From Candidatus Ozemobacteraceae bacterium (GTDB lineage: Bacteria; Muiribacteriota; Ozemobacteria; Ozemobacterales; Ozemobacteraceae), in the NCBI GenBank assembly GCA_965140445.1, contig OZ223236.1, positions 1,024,001-1,088,000 on the forward strand: a DNA stretch of 64,000 nt, given 5' to 3'. Below, piece by piece: positions 37,301 through 46,918 of the stretch. A program made the translations under genes and the position numbers. The notes below the pieces were generated by a model, which was not told the origin of the DNA, searched no databases, and worked only from the letters and a program-made list of their open reading frames with translations. Each line of letters begins with the position of its first letter. The stretch's first letter is position 1.

Positions 37301-38758
37301 TTTATATGCGACACGTTGAATAATAGAATCCAGGAAATCAATCCAGCGGGAACCCATATTCGAAATTTTGAAAAAGCTCCTGGTGCACCTGTTACCTCTG
37401 CTTCAGATCTCAAAGAGCCATACGGAGTTTTTGTTGATCCTTCCGGAAATGTCTGGATTGCTGATACTGGCTATAACCGAATTCAGGTTTTTGATTCAAC
37501 TGCGAATGTTATTGCCTGGTATGGATTGAGCCAAAATTCGGCTGAGGGATTGGTTCATACCGCTGCTTCAGGTCACCTTGCTGTAAATAATGCCGGCTCT
37601 GGAGATGGCGAATTTGATGCTCCAAGAGCTGTTTTGATAGATAAAGATTCAAAGCTGGTTGTGGCAGATTCCGGAAACGGAAGAATTCAGGTATTTAGCA
37701 ATGCTGGTGCTTTTGAATCATCTATTGGGCAGCCTGGTGGCGGTAGAGGGCAATTTGATGGATTGTCCAGCGTGGTTCAGTTTAGCAATGGTGACTTGCT
37801 GGTCAGCGACCAGGAGAATTACAGAATTCAGTCTGTCAGCATGGCTGATGAATTTAAATGGGCTTTAAGCCCCGACACCGGTGGCTTAAATGCCTATCCC
37901 ACCGGAATCGCTGCTGATTCAAAACTGGGTCGTATTTATCTTGTCGATATGGATAACCGTATGATCAGTCAGTTTGATCTGAACGGAAACTTTCAGAAAT
38001 TTATAGGATCAGAAGGGGCTGGAAAGGGGCAATTTTATGCTCCGACAGATGTTGCGGTTGATTCCAGTGGGAATATATATGTAGCTGATTCCGGGAATGC
38101 AAGGATTCAAAAATTTGATTCAGATGGAAGATATCTACTCGAATGGGGAAGCTACGGCACCGGAGATGGGCAATTTAAGGGATTAAAGAAGATTGCAATA
38201 AATAGAACCACTGGTGAAGTCTGGGCGGTTGATTCAACTTTAGATAGAATCCAAAAGTTTACTGGTTCTGGACAGTTTTTACTTAAATCAGGATCTACAG
38301 GTGCTGGTGATGGCCAGTTTAGTGCGCCTTCCGGCATTGCTGTAAGTGATGATGGTTATGTTTATGTCGCTGATACATTTAATTCCAGGGTTCAAAAATT
38401 AGATAGCTTTGCTACTTTCCAAGGCTGGTGGGGCTATGATGACTTTGGCTTTAATGGCTGGCATCCGCCGGGAACTGGTAGAACGCCTCAGGTAGATGAT
38501 GCTCCGGGAAGATTTGATTCACCTGAAGATGTTTCTGTTGATTCTGATGGAAACGTTTATGTTATGGATTATGGGAACTATAACATTCAAAAGTTCAAAG
38601 CAAATCAGGGCGAAGAGCCTGTTCAAACCATAAATGCCAATTACCTTGGCACAATAGATGCAAATGACAATTTTCTTGCCATCGAAGTAGACGCGGGTGG
38701 GCGAGTTTACGCCACTACTGAAGGAAAAGAGATAGAAGTATATGATCCTGATCCTTAA
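34361..38758 (+). CDS. Large surface lipoprotein: carboxypeptidase-regulatory/Ig domains, about 6 IPT/TIG repeats, many NHL repeats (probably two beta-propellers)
   Basis: Lipobox VYG|C plus poly-Gly; repeated VTITGT.FG...V.FN...A...SW.D..I...VP; repeated G.G.GQF..P.GIA.D..GN.YVAD..N.RIQKF. Confidence 0.85.
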   Translation: MLKILKRLSSVFLIANLIAFVYGCGGGGGGGGSAFSPGFVPETVVSGKVTLPASLSADIRAQVGSSEVGVVGASVFLVSRPEIVVKTDQDGSFRLVVPNFNGETYRIVSHFALQNTELITISAAIRANQVSTPFQLQLEEGVNKVSGRVTDSVGKVVPNAMLELWGLRFYSGVDGTFTSPALPARVKNAVLSASAAGYSADSFNVLFGSYDVAPRMDIALRKVDEPNVAPMIQLSSADAKVSPGQEIPIEAYLQDTDEGDLSFFKPVWSATGGDFAGNSAQNSGTITFEGGSRDILSAIDLAAVGDLVKPVQIFKNAVTWKAPQEIGLATVSVSVRDSRGAFTSAALIFAVGGSTQSFIRVASMTPVQAPVNSEVQISGSGFGPVQSDGYVSFNGKKGNVLAWSDSLIRVSVPNQAESGLVLVYSAGQEKSAGYFTVLPSTVSFSPSYGPVGAVVTITGTDFGLTQSENKVFINNLEAEIVSWADTSIVTKIPAGAISGAVILQIGKNVRNLGNLAVSKAYNLNSYYSSKNGVLSVYGEGFGASIGNSTIKFSNSVAASVLSWSDTHLQFVVPAGAVTGTITANIGTVDLPLGLCNILSIESVSTDRGTIGQPVTITGTGFGASQGDSKVLFNGLEATASSWQENQIVALIPASGTPGALEIQVNDHKSNPISFTISAIHSISYSYGPAGTNVTIDGCGFGTSLGSISFGGEAATNYPIWGENKVVATVPDTATGSIDIAAEVAGVISNTKPFRVSWIASFSPDAGWIGRELYFEGVNFGNDVGASEVLFNNVKADVISWSDTFVKVRVPVGATTGELHVKINDGIINLEEFEVAEVQDYSLVAAWSGECIDSIPAISHAVIAPDGSYLVSDFENHWIWRYDSNRNYVGRIGRYGTGDGQFIRPWGIAFDSSQNIYISDSDNHRIQKFSFDGTFLGWLGYGADGSHGWHNPGSGIASTNGTANGEFKYPLGIAIGPNGNLFICDTLNNRIQEINPAGTHIRNFEKAPGAPVTSASDLKEPYGVFVDPSGNVWIADTGYNRIQVFDSTANVIAWYGLSQNSAEGLVHTAASGHLAVNNAGSGDGEFDAPRAVLIDKDSKLVVADSGNGRIQVFSNAGAFESSIGQPGGGRGQFDGLSSVVQFSNGDLLVSDQENYRIQSVSMADEFKWALSPDTGGLNAYPTGIAADSKLGRIYLVDMDNRMISQFDLNGNFQKFIGSEGAGKGQFYAPTDVAVDSSGNIYVADSGNARIQKFDSDGRYLLEWGSYGTGDGQFKGLKKIAINRTTGEVWAVDSTLDRIQKFTGSGQFLLKSGSTGAGDGQFSAPSGIAVSDDGYVYVADTFNSRVQKLDSFATFQGWWGYDDFGFNGWHPPGTGRTPQVDDAPGRFDSPEDVSVDSDGNVYVMDYGNYNIQKFKANQGEEPVQTINANYLGTIDANDNFLAIEVDAGGRVYATTEGKEIEVYDPDP

Positions 38759-38778
38759 TAATTTGGCGTAGGTTTTAC

Positions 38779-38818
38779 AAAAAAAGCTCAGATTTGTAAA
38801 AAAAATCTGAGCTTTTTT
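38779..38818. terminator. Intrinsic terminator (bidirectional type)
   Basis: A-tract, GCTCAGATTT...AAATCTGAGC stem, T-tract. Confidence 0.85.
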
Positions 38819-38987
38819 ATTTCAGAAATTCAGGTGATTGGTTGAAAAGCTTTTGCAGTCATGTTTTGTGGCTAGTTAAACAAATTGTAAATGTTAGAAA
38901 ATAATGAAAATAAGACATTTTACATATAAATTGAAAGAAAAATAGGGGTTAATTAGATTTAATCAAGCCAAATCGACCAAAATCAAG

Positions 38988-39016
38988 CAAATGTTTTCAG
39001 GTTCTAATGTCGATAA
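38988..39016 (+). promoter_or_regulatory. Possible sigma28 promoter for the first array flagellin
   Basis: -10 GTCGATAA (39009-39016) with only a weak CAAA -35, 17 nt upstream. Confidence 0.45.
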
Positions 39017-39157
39017 TCCTAGTAGATAAGGAAAAATAGGCCTATTTTTCATAAAGCCATAAATATAGGAGGCGATTCACCTATTATAACAAATCCAAAA
39101 AAACAAACAAATCTACCTACAACTTAATCTTTAGGGTCTGAAACATAAGGAGATCCA

Positions 39158-39200
39158 GGCGCAAGGATGCGCCGGATATCGACGACAATCAAGGAGGATT
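39158..39200 (+). promoter_or_regulatory. Two-site CsrA-type leader
   Basis: GGCGCA-AGGA-TGCGCC hairpin and AATC-AAGGAG-GATT hairpin over the SD. Confidence 0.85.
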
Positions 39201-39203
39201 ATC

Positions 39204-41390
39204 ATGTCGATGCGAATAAATCAGAACGTACTTTCCCTTTCAACCTACAGTAACCTTACTCAAACCAGCTCAAGACTTGAAAAATCAGTAGAAAAACTGA
39301 GTTCAGGACTACGCATTAACCGTGCCGCCGACGACGCAGCTGGCCTCGCAATTAGCGAAAAAATGCGCCGACAGATTAGAGGCTTGAATCGTGCCACTAT
39401 GAATGCCCAGGACGGGATTTCCATGATCCAGACGGCAGAAGGGGCACTTAACGAATCACACAGTATTCTCCAGAGAATGAGAGAACTTGCTGTTCAGGCC
39501 TCGAATGACACTCTTACCAGTAATGACAGACTGGAAATCCAGAAAGAAGTAAATCAACTCAGAGATGAGATTGATCGCATTTCCAATTCCACAGAATTCA
39601 ATACCAAAAAACTTCTGGATGGTAGTCAGTCCTCTCTTATCAGCTCCAGTTCTAAAGCTGTCTTTGGAGTGGTAACTGGTGGCACAAATGGTGGTGGTGA
39701 TTATCAGGTTAGTATCGGGTTGCTTAAGGGTGGTATCTCAGAAATGCAGAGAAGTCAGATACTTACCAAACAGGGATCATCAGAACTGGCAGAAGGTGGG
39801 ACTCAACTTCAAAGTGTAGCTCAGTTTTATGATGACAATGGAGTGTTTGTATTGGACTCTCCGCAAGCCATGACAATCACTGGTAACAGTGGTTCGCATA
39901 CCTTTACTTTAGACGGTCAGATGACTCTTGACGAACTGGCAGCAGAAATACAGCAGGCGATGGCTAGTGATGGCGGCCTTGGAATTGATAATTCCAGAGC
40001 TGGGGTAGTTGGCACAGCTGCTACTGGTGTTTCTGGCATGGGTGGTTATCTTGAAATAACCTCTGGTGCTGCTGGTGAAAATGGTGAATTCACGATTGCC
40101 GGGCCTCAATCTGTAGTTGATGCTCTTGGTTTGTCAACTGTGCGTGAAGCCGAAGATAGTCTGGTTCAATTGACCCTTACTGATGGTTACGGAAATGTTA
40201 GAAATACCAGAACAAGCAGCGATAGAGCATATGGATTGCTTGAAGGAATTGACATTCAATTCAGCTCTCAGGCAGCTCAGATTGCTGGTGTTGGAGGTCT
40301 TGAAACAGGACTTCGCGTCACCGCTGATGAATCATTTGTTATCTCTGCGGCTGGTCAAACCATTACAGTAACAATCTCTGCTGGTAACTACAGCATGGAA
40401 GGGCTTGCTCGTTCAATTGATGCCCAGACAACTACTATTTCCGGTATGGATACATCTGTCGTAGATGGGGAGTTAAGGCTCTCGTTTAATCCTACGGCTG
40501 CATCCATTGCCTCTACAATAAATATCAGCGGAGCTGCTGCTGACACTATTGGTGTTCAAAACGGCAACTATAGTGGTTTCTATCAGGGCGATAAAGAAGA
40601 TGCCAACACTATTCAGGGATTTAGCGCTTACAGAAATGCTGCTGCGGTGGCAATTACTATGAGCGTGGGCGATGGGGTTGATGTTTTTGATGTAAACGCC
40701 TTTTCAACAATATCTGTAGCCACTTCTGGAGACTTCATTGAGATGACTGCTTTCCAGGCTACTGTTAATCAGCAGCTTGCAGCTAACAACGTTGATGTAA
40801 GGCTTGATGCTATTAATGGCTCTCTAGCTTTCTCAGCTCTCAGAGTTGGTCAGGAGAATCAGAATGGTGCAAGTCCAATATTAAGTGAAGTTTCGCTTAA
40901 TGTTTCTGACGCTGCAGCGGCTACTAAGTTTGGATTGAATAATGGAACGGTTCGAGGAAGTGGAGACGCCAATTTCAGATTGCATATAGTCGATAATAAG
41001 CCTTCCTTCCAGATTGGCGCTGACCAGGGGCAGACCATGAGAGTGTCCATGAAGGATATGTCTTCTCGCGCTCTGGATGTGGACAATCTTGATCTGACTA
41101 CTGTTGAAGGTGCTCAAAAGGCCATGGGAAAACTCAATAAGGCGATCGACTCAGTTTCTGCTGAAAGATCCAAATTGGGTGCTTACCAGAACCGACTCGA
41201 ATACACCATCAATAATCTCAGAAATACTTCAAGCAACCTTACTGCAGCAGAATCCAGAATTAGAGATGCGGATATCGCAATGGAAATGATCGAGTTCACT
41301 AGAAATCAGATCGTTTCTCAGTCAGGAACAGCGATGCTGGCCCAGGCAAATGCTATTCCTCAGAGTGTTCTAAGTCTTCTTGGGAACTAA
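39204..41390 (+). CDS. fliC: Flagellin, array copy 1 (728 aa)
   Basis: Conserved flagellin termini ([23 protein letters not shown]...ESRIRDAD). Confidence 0.97.
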   Translation: MSMRINQNVLSLSTYSNLTQTSSRLEKSVEKLSSGLRINRAADDAAGLAISEKMRRQIRGLNRATMNAQDGISMIQTAEGALNESHSILQRMRELAVQASNDTLTSNDRLEIQKEVNQLRDEIDRISNSTEFNTKKLLDGSQSSLISSSSKAVFGVVTGGTNGGGDYQVSIGLLKGGISEMQRSQILTKQGSSELAEGGTQLQSVAQFYDDNGVFVLDSPQAMTITGNSGSHTFTLDGQMTLDELAAEIQQAMASDGGLGIDNSRAGVVGTAATGVSGMGGYLEITSGAAGENGEFTIAGPQSVVDALGLSTVREAEDSLVQLTLTDGYGNVRNTRTSSDRAYGLLEGIDIQFSSQAAQIAGVGGLETGLRVTADESFVISAAGQTITVTISAGNYSMEGLARSIDAQTTTISGMDTSVVDGELRLSFNPTAASIASTINISGAAADTIGVQNGNYSGFYQGDKEDANTIQGFSAYRNAAAVAITMSVGDGVDVFDVNAFSTISVATSGDFIEMTAFQATVNQQLAANNVDVRLDAINGSLAFSALRVGQENQNGASPILSEVSLNVSDAAAATKFGLNNGTVRGSGDANFRLHIVDNKPSFQIGADQGQTMRVSMKDMSSRALDVDNLDLTTVEGAQKAMGKLNKAIDSVSAERSKLGAYQNRLEYTINNLRNTSSNLTAAESRIRDADIAMEMIEFTRNQIVSQSGTAMLAQANAIPQSVLSLLGN

Positions 41391-41601
41391 GTAATTAGCT
41401 TATAGCTCTTATTTTCAGAGGTTTCGACGGTAGGCTTTTGGGCCTGCCTGTCGAAGCTCTCTGGAAATCACTAAGCTGATAATTTGACTGTAAATTGTCG
41501 AAAAAAGTAGTAATTAGTAGTAATCAAGTTCTTTTGAATAGATAAAACCGTTTAAATGTCGAAATTCCAAAACAATCACTGAATAAGTCATAACCGTGGA
41601 G

Positions 41602-41629
41602 GAAACAAAACAGGCACTCCTGCCGATAA
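41602..41629 (+). promoter_or_regulatory. Sigma28-like promoter
   Basis: Perfect -10 GCCGATAA (41622-41629) with GAAA 16 nt upstream. Confidence 0.55.
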
Positions 41630-41644
41630 AAAACAGGGTTATAT

Positions 41645-41800
41645 GTAAGCAAAGCTTACCAGCACATAAGGATGTGTGTTGAACCATGATTCATGGAGGA
41701 ATCAGACAGTGACTATTATTTTGGTGAGCCGTTTTCTGCACAAAAAATGCAGAGCTTTCGCCATGGATTTCTGGCGCGACATTTCTATGTTTGCCAGGAT
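41645..41800 (+). ncRNA. Candidate CsrA-binding RNA or orphan flagellin-type leader
   Basis: GTAAGC-AAA-GCTTAC 5' hairpin, GCACAT-AAGG-ATGTGT, TGATTC-ATGGAG-GAATCA, CGCCA-TGGATTTC-TGGCG, CCAGGAT; no flagellin CDS follows. Confidence 0.4.
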
Positions 41801-42116
41801 ATTGTTCGCTGCACTGATTTTTCCAGACTGCTTACATTTTCACAAAAGCAAAAACTCTCCAATACTAAATCAAATTAGAGCAAATTCTGCGTTCGGCAAA
41901 AGCCGGAATCCAGAACTCTTTATTGATAGGGTTGGGGAGTTTTTTGTTATGCAGAATTCAATTGAAAACAGCAAAAAAACTTGCAGTGATTTAATTAATT
42001 CTAAAATTGCTTTTGTGGCTAAAACAGCTTCAGATAACACTTTTATCGGGTGGTGAAAAAAATAATTTAAAAAGTGCTTGCAAAGTATTGGATTTCGAAC
42101 ATTATATCTTTCTAAA

Positions 42117-42158
42117 GCGCAAGGAAGCGCAATTTTCAAAAAGATTCACGGAGGAATC
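42117..42158 (+). promoter_or_regulatory. Two-site CsrA-type leader
   Basis: GCGC-AAGGAA-GCGC and GATTC-ACGGAG-GAATC. Confidence 0.85.
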
Positions 42159-42163
42159 AAAAA

Positions 42164-44428
42164 ATGTCATTACGCATCAATCAAAACGTTTTATCTATTC
42201 AAACTTACGGTAACGTCGTTAAGACATCTGGCAGACTCGAAAAGTCAGTCGAAAAACTAAGCTCAGGCCTTAGAATTAACCGGGCCGCAGACGATGCAGC
42301 AGGACTGGCAATCAGTGAAAAAATGCGCCGACAGGTGCGCGGTCTCAACAGGGCTGTTTTAAATGCTCAAGATGGAATTTCAATGATTCAGACCGCAGAA
42401 GGTGCTCTCAACGAAACTCACAGTATTCTCCAGAGAATGAGAGAACTGGCTATCCAGTCTTCAAACGACACACTCACCAGTAATGATCGCCTTGAAATTC
42501 AGAAAGAAGTTGTTCAACTTAGAGATGACCTGGATAGAATTTCACGCAACACAGAATTCAACACCAAAAAACTTCTTGATGGCAGCCAGACAGCTCTTGT
42601 TAGCTCCAACTCAAGTTATGTGGATGGTGTTGTAGCAGGACAAGCTTCAGGATCATCTGGAGATTATGATGTAAGTATAGCCTTGCTTTCAGCTGGTATT
42701 TCACAGATGGCAAGATCTCAGATATTTACGGTTAAGGACGGCGCAAACCAGCTTGCCAGCGGAACTACTCAACTTCAAAGCATCGCACAGTTCTATGATG
42801 AAAACGGTGTTTTTGTTCTTGATTCGCCAATGGCACTGACAGTTAACGGAAACTCAAAAACCACATCTATTCAGCTTGATGGCCAGATGACGTTAGATAA
42901 CGTTGCTGCGAATCTCCAGAATGCAATTGTAAGCAAAAGTGGTCTTAATATTGATAACTCCAAGGTTGCTACTATCAATACTGCAACAACCGGTTTAGCT
43001 GGACTTGGCGGATATTTTGAAATCGTAAGCGGCGATATTGGAGAAGCGGGTGACATTTCTTTTGCTGGCGACCAGAAAGTTATCGATGCAATGGGAATTA
43101 CTACTACTCGAGAATCTGCAAATAATCGCGTTGAATTAACGATGCGTGACAACTATGGAAATGTCAGACAAGTAAGAACTGAAACCAGTAGAGCAGTTGG
43201 TCTTCTTAACGGGATAGACGTAACTTTCGAGTCCCAGGCAGCTCAAATTGCGGGCGTTTCAGGACTAGAGCAAGGGCTGTATTTCTCAGTTGCCGACACA
43301 ATTACCGTTCAAATTGGAATTCACTGTGTTCAGATTGGTATTGGAACTGGGCGATACACCATGGAAGGCCTGGCGAGAAGTATAAATAATCAAATTATTT
43401 CAGCCGTAGGTCTCGGTAATAATCAGCTTGATGGACTTGAAGCAAAAGTAGTAGAAGGCGAAATTCGATTGTCATATGACCAACCAGCTTCAGCTGCTGC
43501 GAGTGTAGGTAATTCTATCACTATTAACGGTGCTACAAACAATGTGCTAGGTTTCTTAAATGGCTCATATAGCGGATTTGTTGATGGCAAGAAGGATCAA
43601 GGAAAAGTAGAGTGGGGTTTTACAACTTATAGAACCGGTGTGGCAAATGGTGATGCGGTTGAATTCTTAATTGGTGATGGTATTGGAACAGTCGCAATAA
43701 CATTGTTCAATGCTACTACATCTGCAGCGGGTACGGTTTCACTTGCAGATATGGTTAATTTCACCAGTTTCCAGGCCACAGTTAACTACCAGCTTACTCA
43801 GGCTACGGTAATGGTGAGAGTCGATCAGGTTGGTGGAACTATGGCTTTCACTGCTCTTAGAGTTGGTAGTGAAAAACGCAATAACCAGACTATTACAAGT
43901 ATGGTTTCTTTAAATGTCAGCACAGCCCTTGGTGGAACAGCTACAGCAGGTGAAAGTTTCTTACTCCAGCTCGGAATGAAAGAGGCAACCGTAAAAGGAA
44001 CCGGGGATAAAAACTTCAGAATGCATGTTGTAAACAATACACCTCAGTTCCAGATTGGCGCAGATCAGGGCCAGACAATGGGAATCTCGGTAGCTGATAT
44101 GTCATCAAAAGCTCTCAATGTTGATAATATCGATCTTACAAACGTAAAAGGCGCTCAAAAAGCTATTGGTTTACTAAATAGAGCAATTGACAGCGTTTCT
44201 TCAGAAAGATCCAAATTAGGCGCTTTCCAGAATAGGCTTGAATATGCAATTAACAACCTTAGAAGCACTCATAGTAACTTGACTGCTGCCGAATCACGCA
44301 TCAGGGATGCTGATATCGCCAGTGAAATGATCGAGTTCACCAGAAATCAGATTATGGCTCAGTCTGGCCAGGCTATGCTTGCTCAGGCAAATGCTGTGCC
44401 GCAAGGAGTGTTACAGCTACTACAGTAA
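42164..44428 (+). CDS. fliC: Flagellin, array copy 2 (754 aa)
   Basis: Conserved flagellin termini; intact ORF. Confidence 0.97.
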   Translation: MSLRINQNVLSIQTYGNVVKTSGRLEKSVEKLSSGLRINRAADDAAGLAISEKMRRQVRGLNRAVLNAQDGISMIQTAEGALNETHSILQRMRELAIQSSNDTLTSNDRLEIQKEVVQLRDDLDRISRNTEFNTKKLLDGSQTALVSSNSSYVDGVVAGQASGSSGDYDVSIALLSAGISQMARSQIFTVKDGANQLASGTTQLQSIAQFYDENGVFVLDSPMALTVNGNSKTTSIQLDGQMTLDNVAANLQNAIVSKSGLNIDNSKVATINTATTGLAGLGGYFEIVSGDIGEAGDISFAGDQKVIDAMGITTTRESANNRVELTMRDNYGNVRQVRTETSRAVGLLNGIDVTFESQAAQIAGVSGLEQGLYFSVADTITVQIGIHCVQIGIGTGRYTMEGLARSINNQIISAVGLGNNQLDGLEAKVVEGEIRLSYDQPASAAASVGNSITINGATNNVLGFLNGSYSGFVDGKKDQGKVEWGFTTYRTGVANGDAVEFLIGDGIGTVAITLFNATTSAAGTVSLADMVNFTSFQATVNYQLTQATVMVRVDQVGGTMAFTALRVGSEKRNNQTITSMVSLNVSTALGGTATAGESFLLQLGMKEATVKGTGDKNFRMHVVNNTPQFQIGADQGQTMGISVADMSSKALNVDNIDLTNVKGAQKAIGLLNRAIDSVSSERSKLGAFQNRLEYAINNLRSTHSNLTAAESRIRDADIASEMIEFTRNQIMAQSGQAMLAQANAVPQGVLQLLQ

Positions 44429-44498
44429 AAGAATAAATAACTGGTCCCTCCCTCAAAAATGGGGGAGGGGGCTATTCAGGGATATGATTGGTTTTCTT

Positions 44499-44538
44499 AG
44501 CGCATGGAAGCGCTTTGTAATGATTCAAGGAGGAATCA
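44499..44538 (+). promoter_or_regulatory. Two-site CsrA-type leader
   Basis: AGCGC-ATGGAA-GCGCT and TGATTC-AAGGAG-GAATCA. Confidence 0.85.
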
Positions 44539-44541
44539 TTA

Positions 44542-46818
44542 ATGTCATTACGCATAAATAACAACGTTTTATCTGTTCAAACTTACGGGAATGTTGCAAA
44601 GACTTCCCAGAGGTTGGAAAAGTCTATCCAGAAGTTAAGTTCTGGGTTGCGCATAAATAGCGCTGCCGATGATGCGGCTGGTTTGGCTATTAGCGAAAAA
44701 ATGCGCCGACAGATCCGAGGTTTGAATAGAGCTGTTTTAAATGCTCAGGATGGCATTTCCATGATTCAGACTGCTGAAGGAGCTTTGAACGAATCTCACA
44801 GTATTCTGCAAAGAATGCGAGAACTTGCGATACAGTCATCAAATGATACTCTGACCAGCAATGACAGACTGGAAATTCAGAAAGAAGTTACCCAGCTTCG
44901 AGATGACTTAGATAGAATTGCCAGAAATACTGAATTTAATACTAAAAAGCTTCTTGATGGCAGTCAAACGGCACTTTTTAGCTCTTCTGCGGGCGGAGTG
45001 TCGGGGATCATAAAAGGAACTGCCAGCGTTATTGGCGGAGATTATGACGTAAGTATCGCCATGTTAAGTGCTGGTATTTCTGAAAAGAAAACTTCCCAGA
45101 TTTTCACATTAAATGAAGGGTCAGGTGCTCTTGCTGACGGTGGAACCCAGCTTCAAAGCATTGCTCAGTTTTATGACGCAAACGGTGTTTTTGTTCTGGA
45201 TACTCCGCAAATTTTACACCTTCATGGCAATACAAGAGATGCAGAAGTTGTTCTGGATGGACAGATGACACTTGATAACCTGGCAGCTGATCTTCAGAAT
45301 GCGATGGTAAGCTCATCTGGTTTGGATATCGAAAATACCAGGGTTGCCAGTGTAAATACTGCTCAGACTAATTTATCCGGGGTCGGGGGGTATCTTGAGA
45401 TAACTTCTGGATCTATTGGAGAAGATGGTGCTATATCCTTTGCTGCTGACCAGAAAGTTTTGGATTCTCTAGGAATAACTAATACAAGAAACGCCACTCA
45501 AAGTCGTGTTGAACTAACTCTCAGAGATAGTTTTGGCAATGTCAGGCAGGTGAAAACCGAAACTAATCGGGCTTCTGGACTGCTAAACGGAATGGACATC
45601 AAATTTGAATCCCAGGCTGCTCAGATTGCTGGAACACGTGGACTCCAGGAAGGCTTGGAAATTACCGTTGCTGGAAGCTTGTTCTGGGTTAGTGCTGGCA
45701 ATACTCAAGTTACCATTCAGGTAAGAAGTGGCTCATGGTCTATGGAAGGTCTGGCAAATAGTTTTCAGCGGCAAATTGACGTAGCTAATGCAGGAAATGG
45801 TGTGCCTGGGCTGGAAGTGAACGTTGTTGAAGGCGAGTTGAGATTCAGTTATGAAAAACCAAGCTCCGCTGCTGGTTCAATTTCTAACACTATAATAATA
45901 GACAATGTCCAGGCTCAGGCAAGCAGACTGGGATTTCTGGAAGGTTCATACAGTGGGTTTGTAGATGGCAAAAAAGAGCAAAGTGCTACCGTTTGGGGCT
46001 TTACACGGTTTATTGATACTGCTGCTTCTGGTATTGCTGCAAATCAGGCGGGTATTTTCGCTATAGGCGATGGGAATACCGTTGGAGTCACCATTGAAAT
46101 CACGGCTTACGTAACTATTGGAACTGCAATCTCTTCAACAAGCGATCTTGTTGATTTTGTAAATTTCCAATCTCAAACGAATAATTTGCTGGAAACCCTG
46201 AATATTGGCGTGCGAATGGATCAGATTGGAAATGCTCTCGCTTTTACATCCACAAGAGTCGGGAATGAAAACAGGAGCACAAATGGTGCAATAACCAGCA
46301 TGGTTTCTTTGACGGTTACTGCGACTAATGCTGTTATGCAAAGCACCTTCCTTTCAGCTTTTGGCTTGCAGTCAGGCACAGCAAAAGGTAACGGAGATAA
46401 AAATTTCAGAATTCACATAGTAAGCAACTCACCTCAGTTCCAGATTGGAGCTGATCAGGGCCAATCAATGGGCATCAACATCGGCGAAATGACGTCCGAA
46501 GGGCTTGGAGTTGATAACCTGGATTTAACCAGCGTTGAAGGTTCACAAAAAGCAATTGGCAAGCTTAATAAGGCTATAGACATGGTTTCAGCTGAGCGAT
46601 CAAAGCTGGGAGCTTTCCAGAATCGACTAGAATTTGCAATTAATAATCTTAGAAATACCCATAGCAATTTAACTTCTGCTGAATCAAGAATTCGTGATGC
46701 TGATATTGCTATGGAAATGATTGAATTTACAAGAAATCAAATTGTTCAACAGTCTGGAACAGCAATGTTGGCCCAGGCTAACGCCGTACCTCAGGGGGTG
46801 CTGCAACTACTACAATAA
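44542..46818 (+). CDS. fliC: Flagellin, array copy 3 (758 aa)
   Basis: Conserved flagellin termini; intact ORF. Confidence 0.97.
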   Translation: MSLRINNNVLSVQTYGNVAKTSQRLEKSIQKLSSGLRINSAADDAAGLAISEKMRRQIRGLNRAVLNAQDGISMIQTAEGALNESHSILQRMRELAIQSSNDTLTSNDRLEIQKEVTQLRDDLDRIARNTEFNTKKLLDGSQTALFSSSAGGVSGIIKGTASVIGGDYDVSIAMLSAGISEKKTSQIFTLNEGSGALADGGTQLQSIAQFYDANGVFVLDTPQILHLHGNTRDAEVVLDGQMTLDNLAADLQNAMVSSSGLDIENTRVASVNTAQTNLSGVGGYLEITSGSIGEDGAISFAADQKVLDSLGITNTRNATQSRVELTLRDSFGNVRQVKTETNRASGLLNGMDIKFESQAAQIAGTRGLQEGLEITVAGSLFWVSAGNTQVTIQVRSGSWSMEGLANSFQRQIDVANAGNGVPGLEVNVVEGELRFSYEKPSSAAGSISNTIIIDNVQAQASRLGFLEGSYSGFVDGKKEQSATVWGFTRFIDTAASGIAANQAGIFAIGDGNTVGVTIEITAYVTIGTAISSTSDLVDFVNFQSQTNNLLETLNIGVRMDQIGNALAFTSTRVGNENRSTNGAITSMVSLTVTATNAVMQSTFLSAFGLQSGTAKGNGDKNFRIHIVSNSPQFQIGADQGQSMGINIGEMTSEGLGVDNLDLTSVEGSQKAIGKLNKAIDMVSAERSKLGAFQNRLEFAINNLRNTHSNLTSAESRIRDADIAMEMIEFTRNQIVQQSGTAMLAQANAVPQGVLQLLQ

Positions 46819-46871
46819 CAAATTGGTAAGTTTCGGTTAAAAACTGGGATGTTATTAAATTAATACGGTCA

Positions 46872-46916
46872 ATTAAGCGCATGGAAGTGCTTAATGGATG
46901 ATTCATGGAGGAATCA
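46872..46916 (+). promoter_or_regulatory. Two-site CsrA-type leader
   Basis: ATTAAGCGC-ATGGAA-GTGCTTAAT and TGATTC-ATGGAG-GAATCA. Confidence 0.85.
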
Positions 46917-46918
46917 AT

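Noticed and set aside
34361..38758. RHS/YD toxin, teneurin-like protein or DGR target
   Set aside because: Only IPT and NHL repeats are recognisable; no YD repeats, toxin tip, reverse transcriptase or template repeat.
41709..42056. Flagellin pseudogene
   Set aside because: No recognisable flagellin motifs (such as SSGLRIN or DDAAG) were seen after the orphan leader, so it is kept only as an alternative hypothesis.
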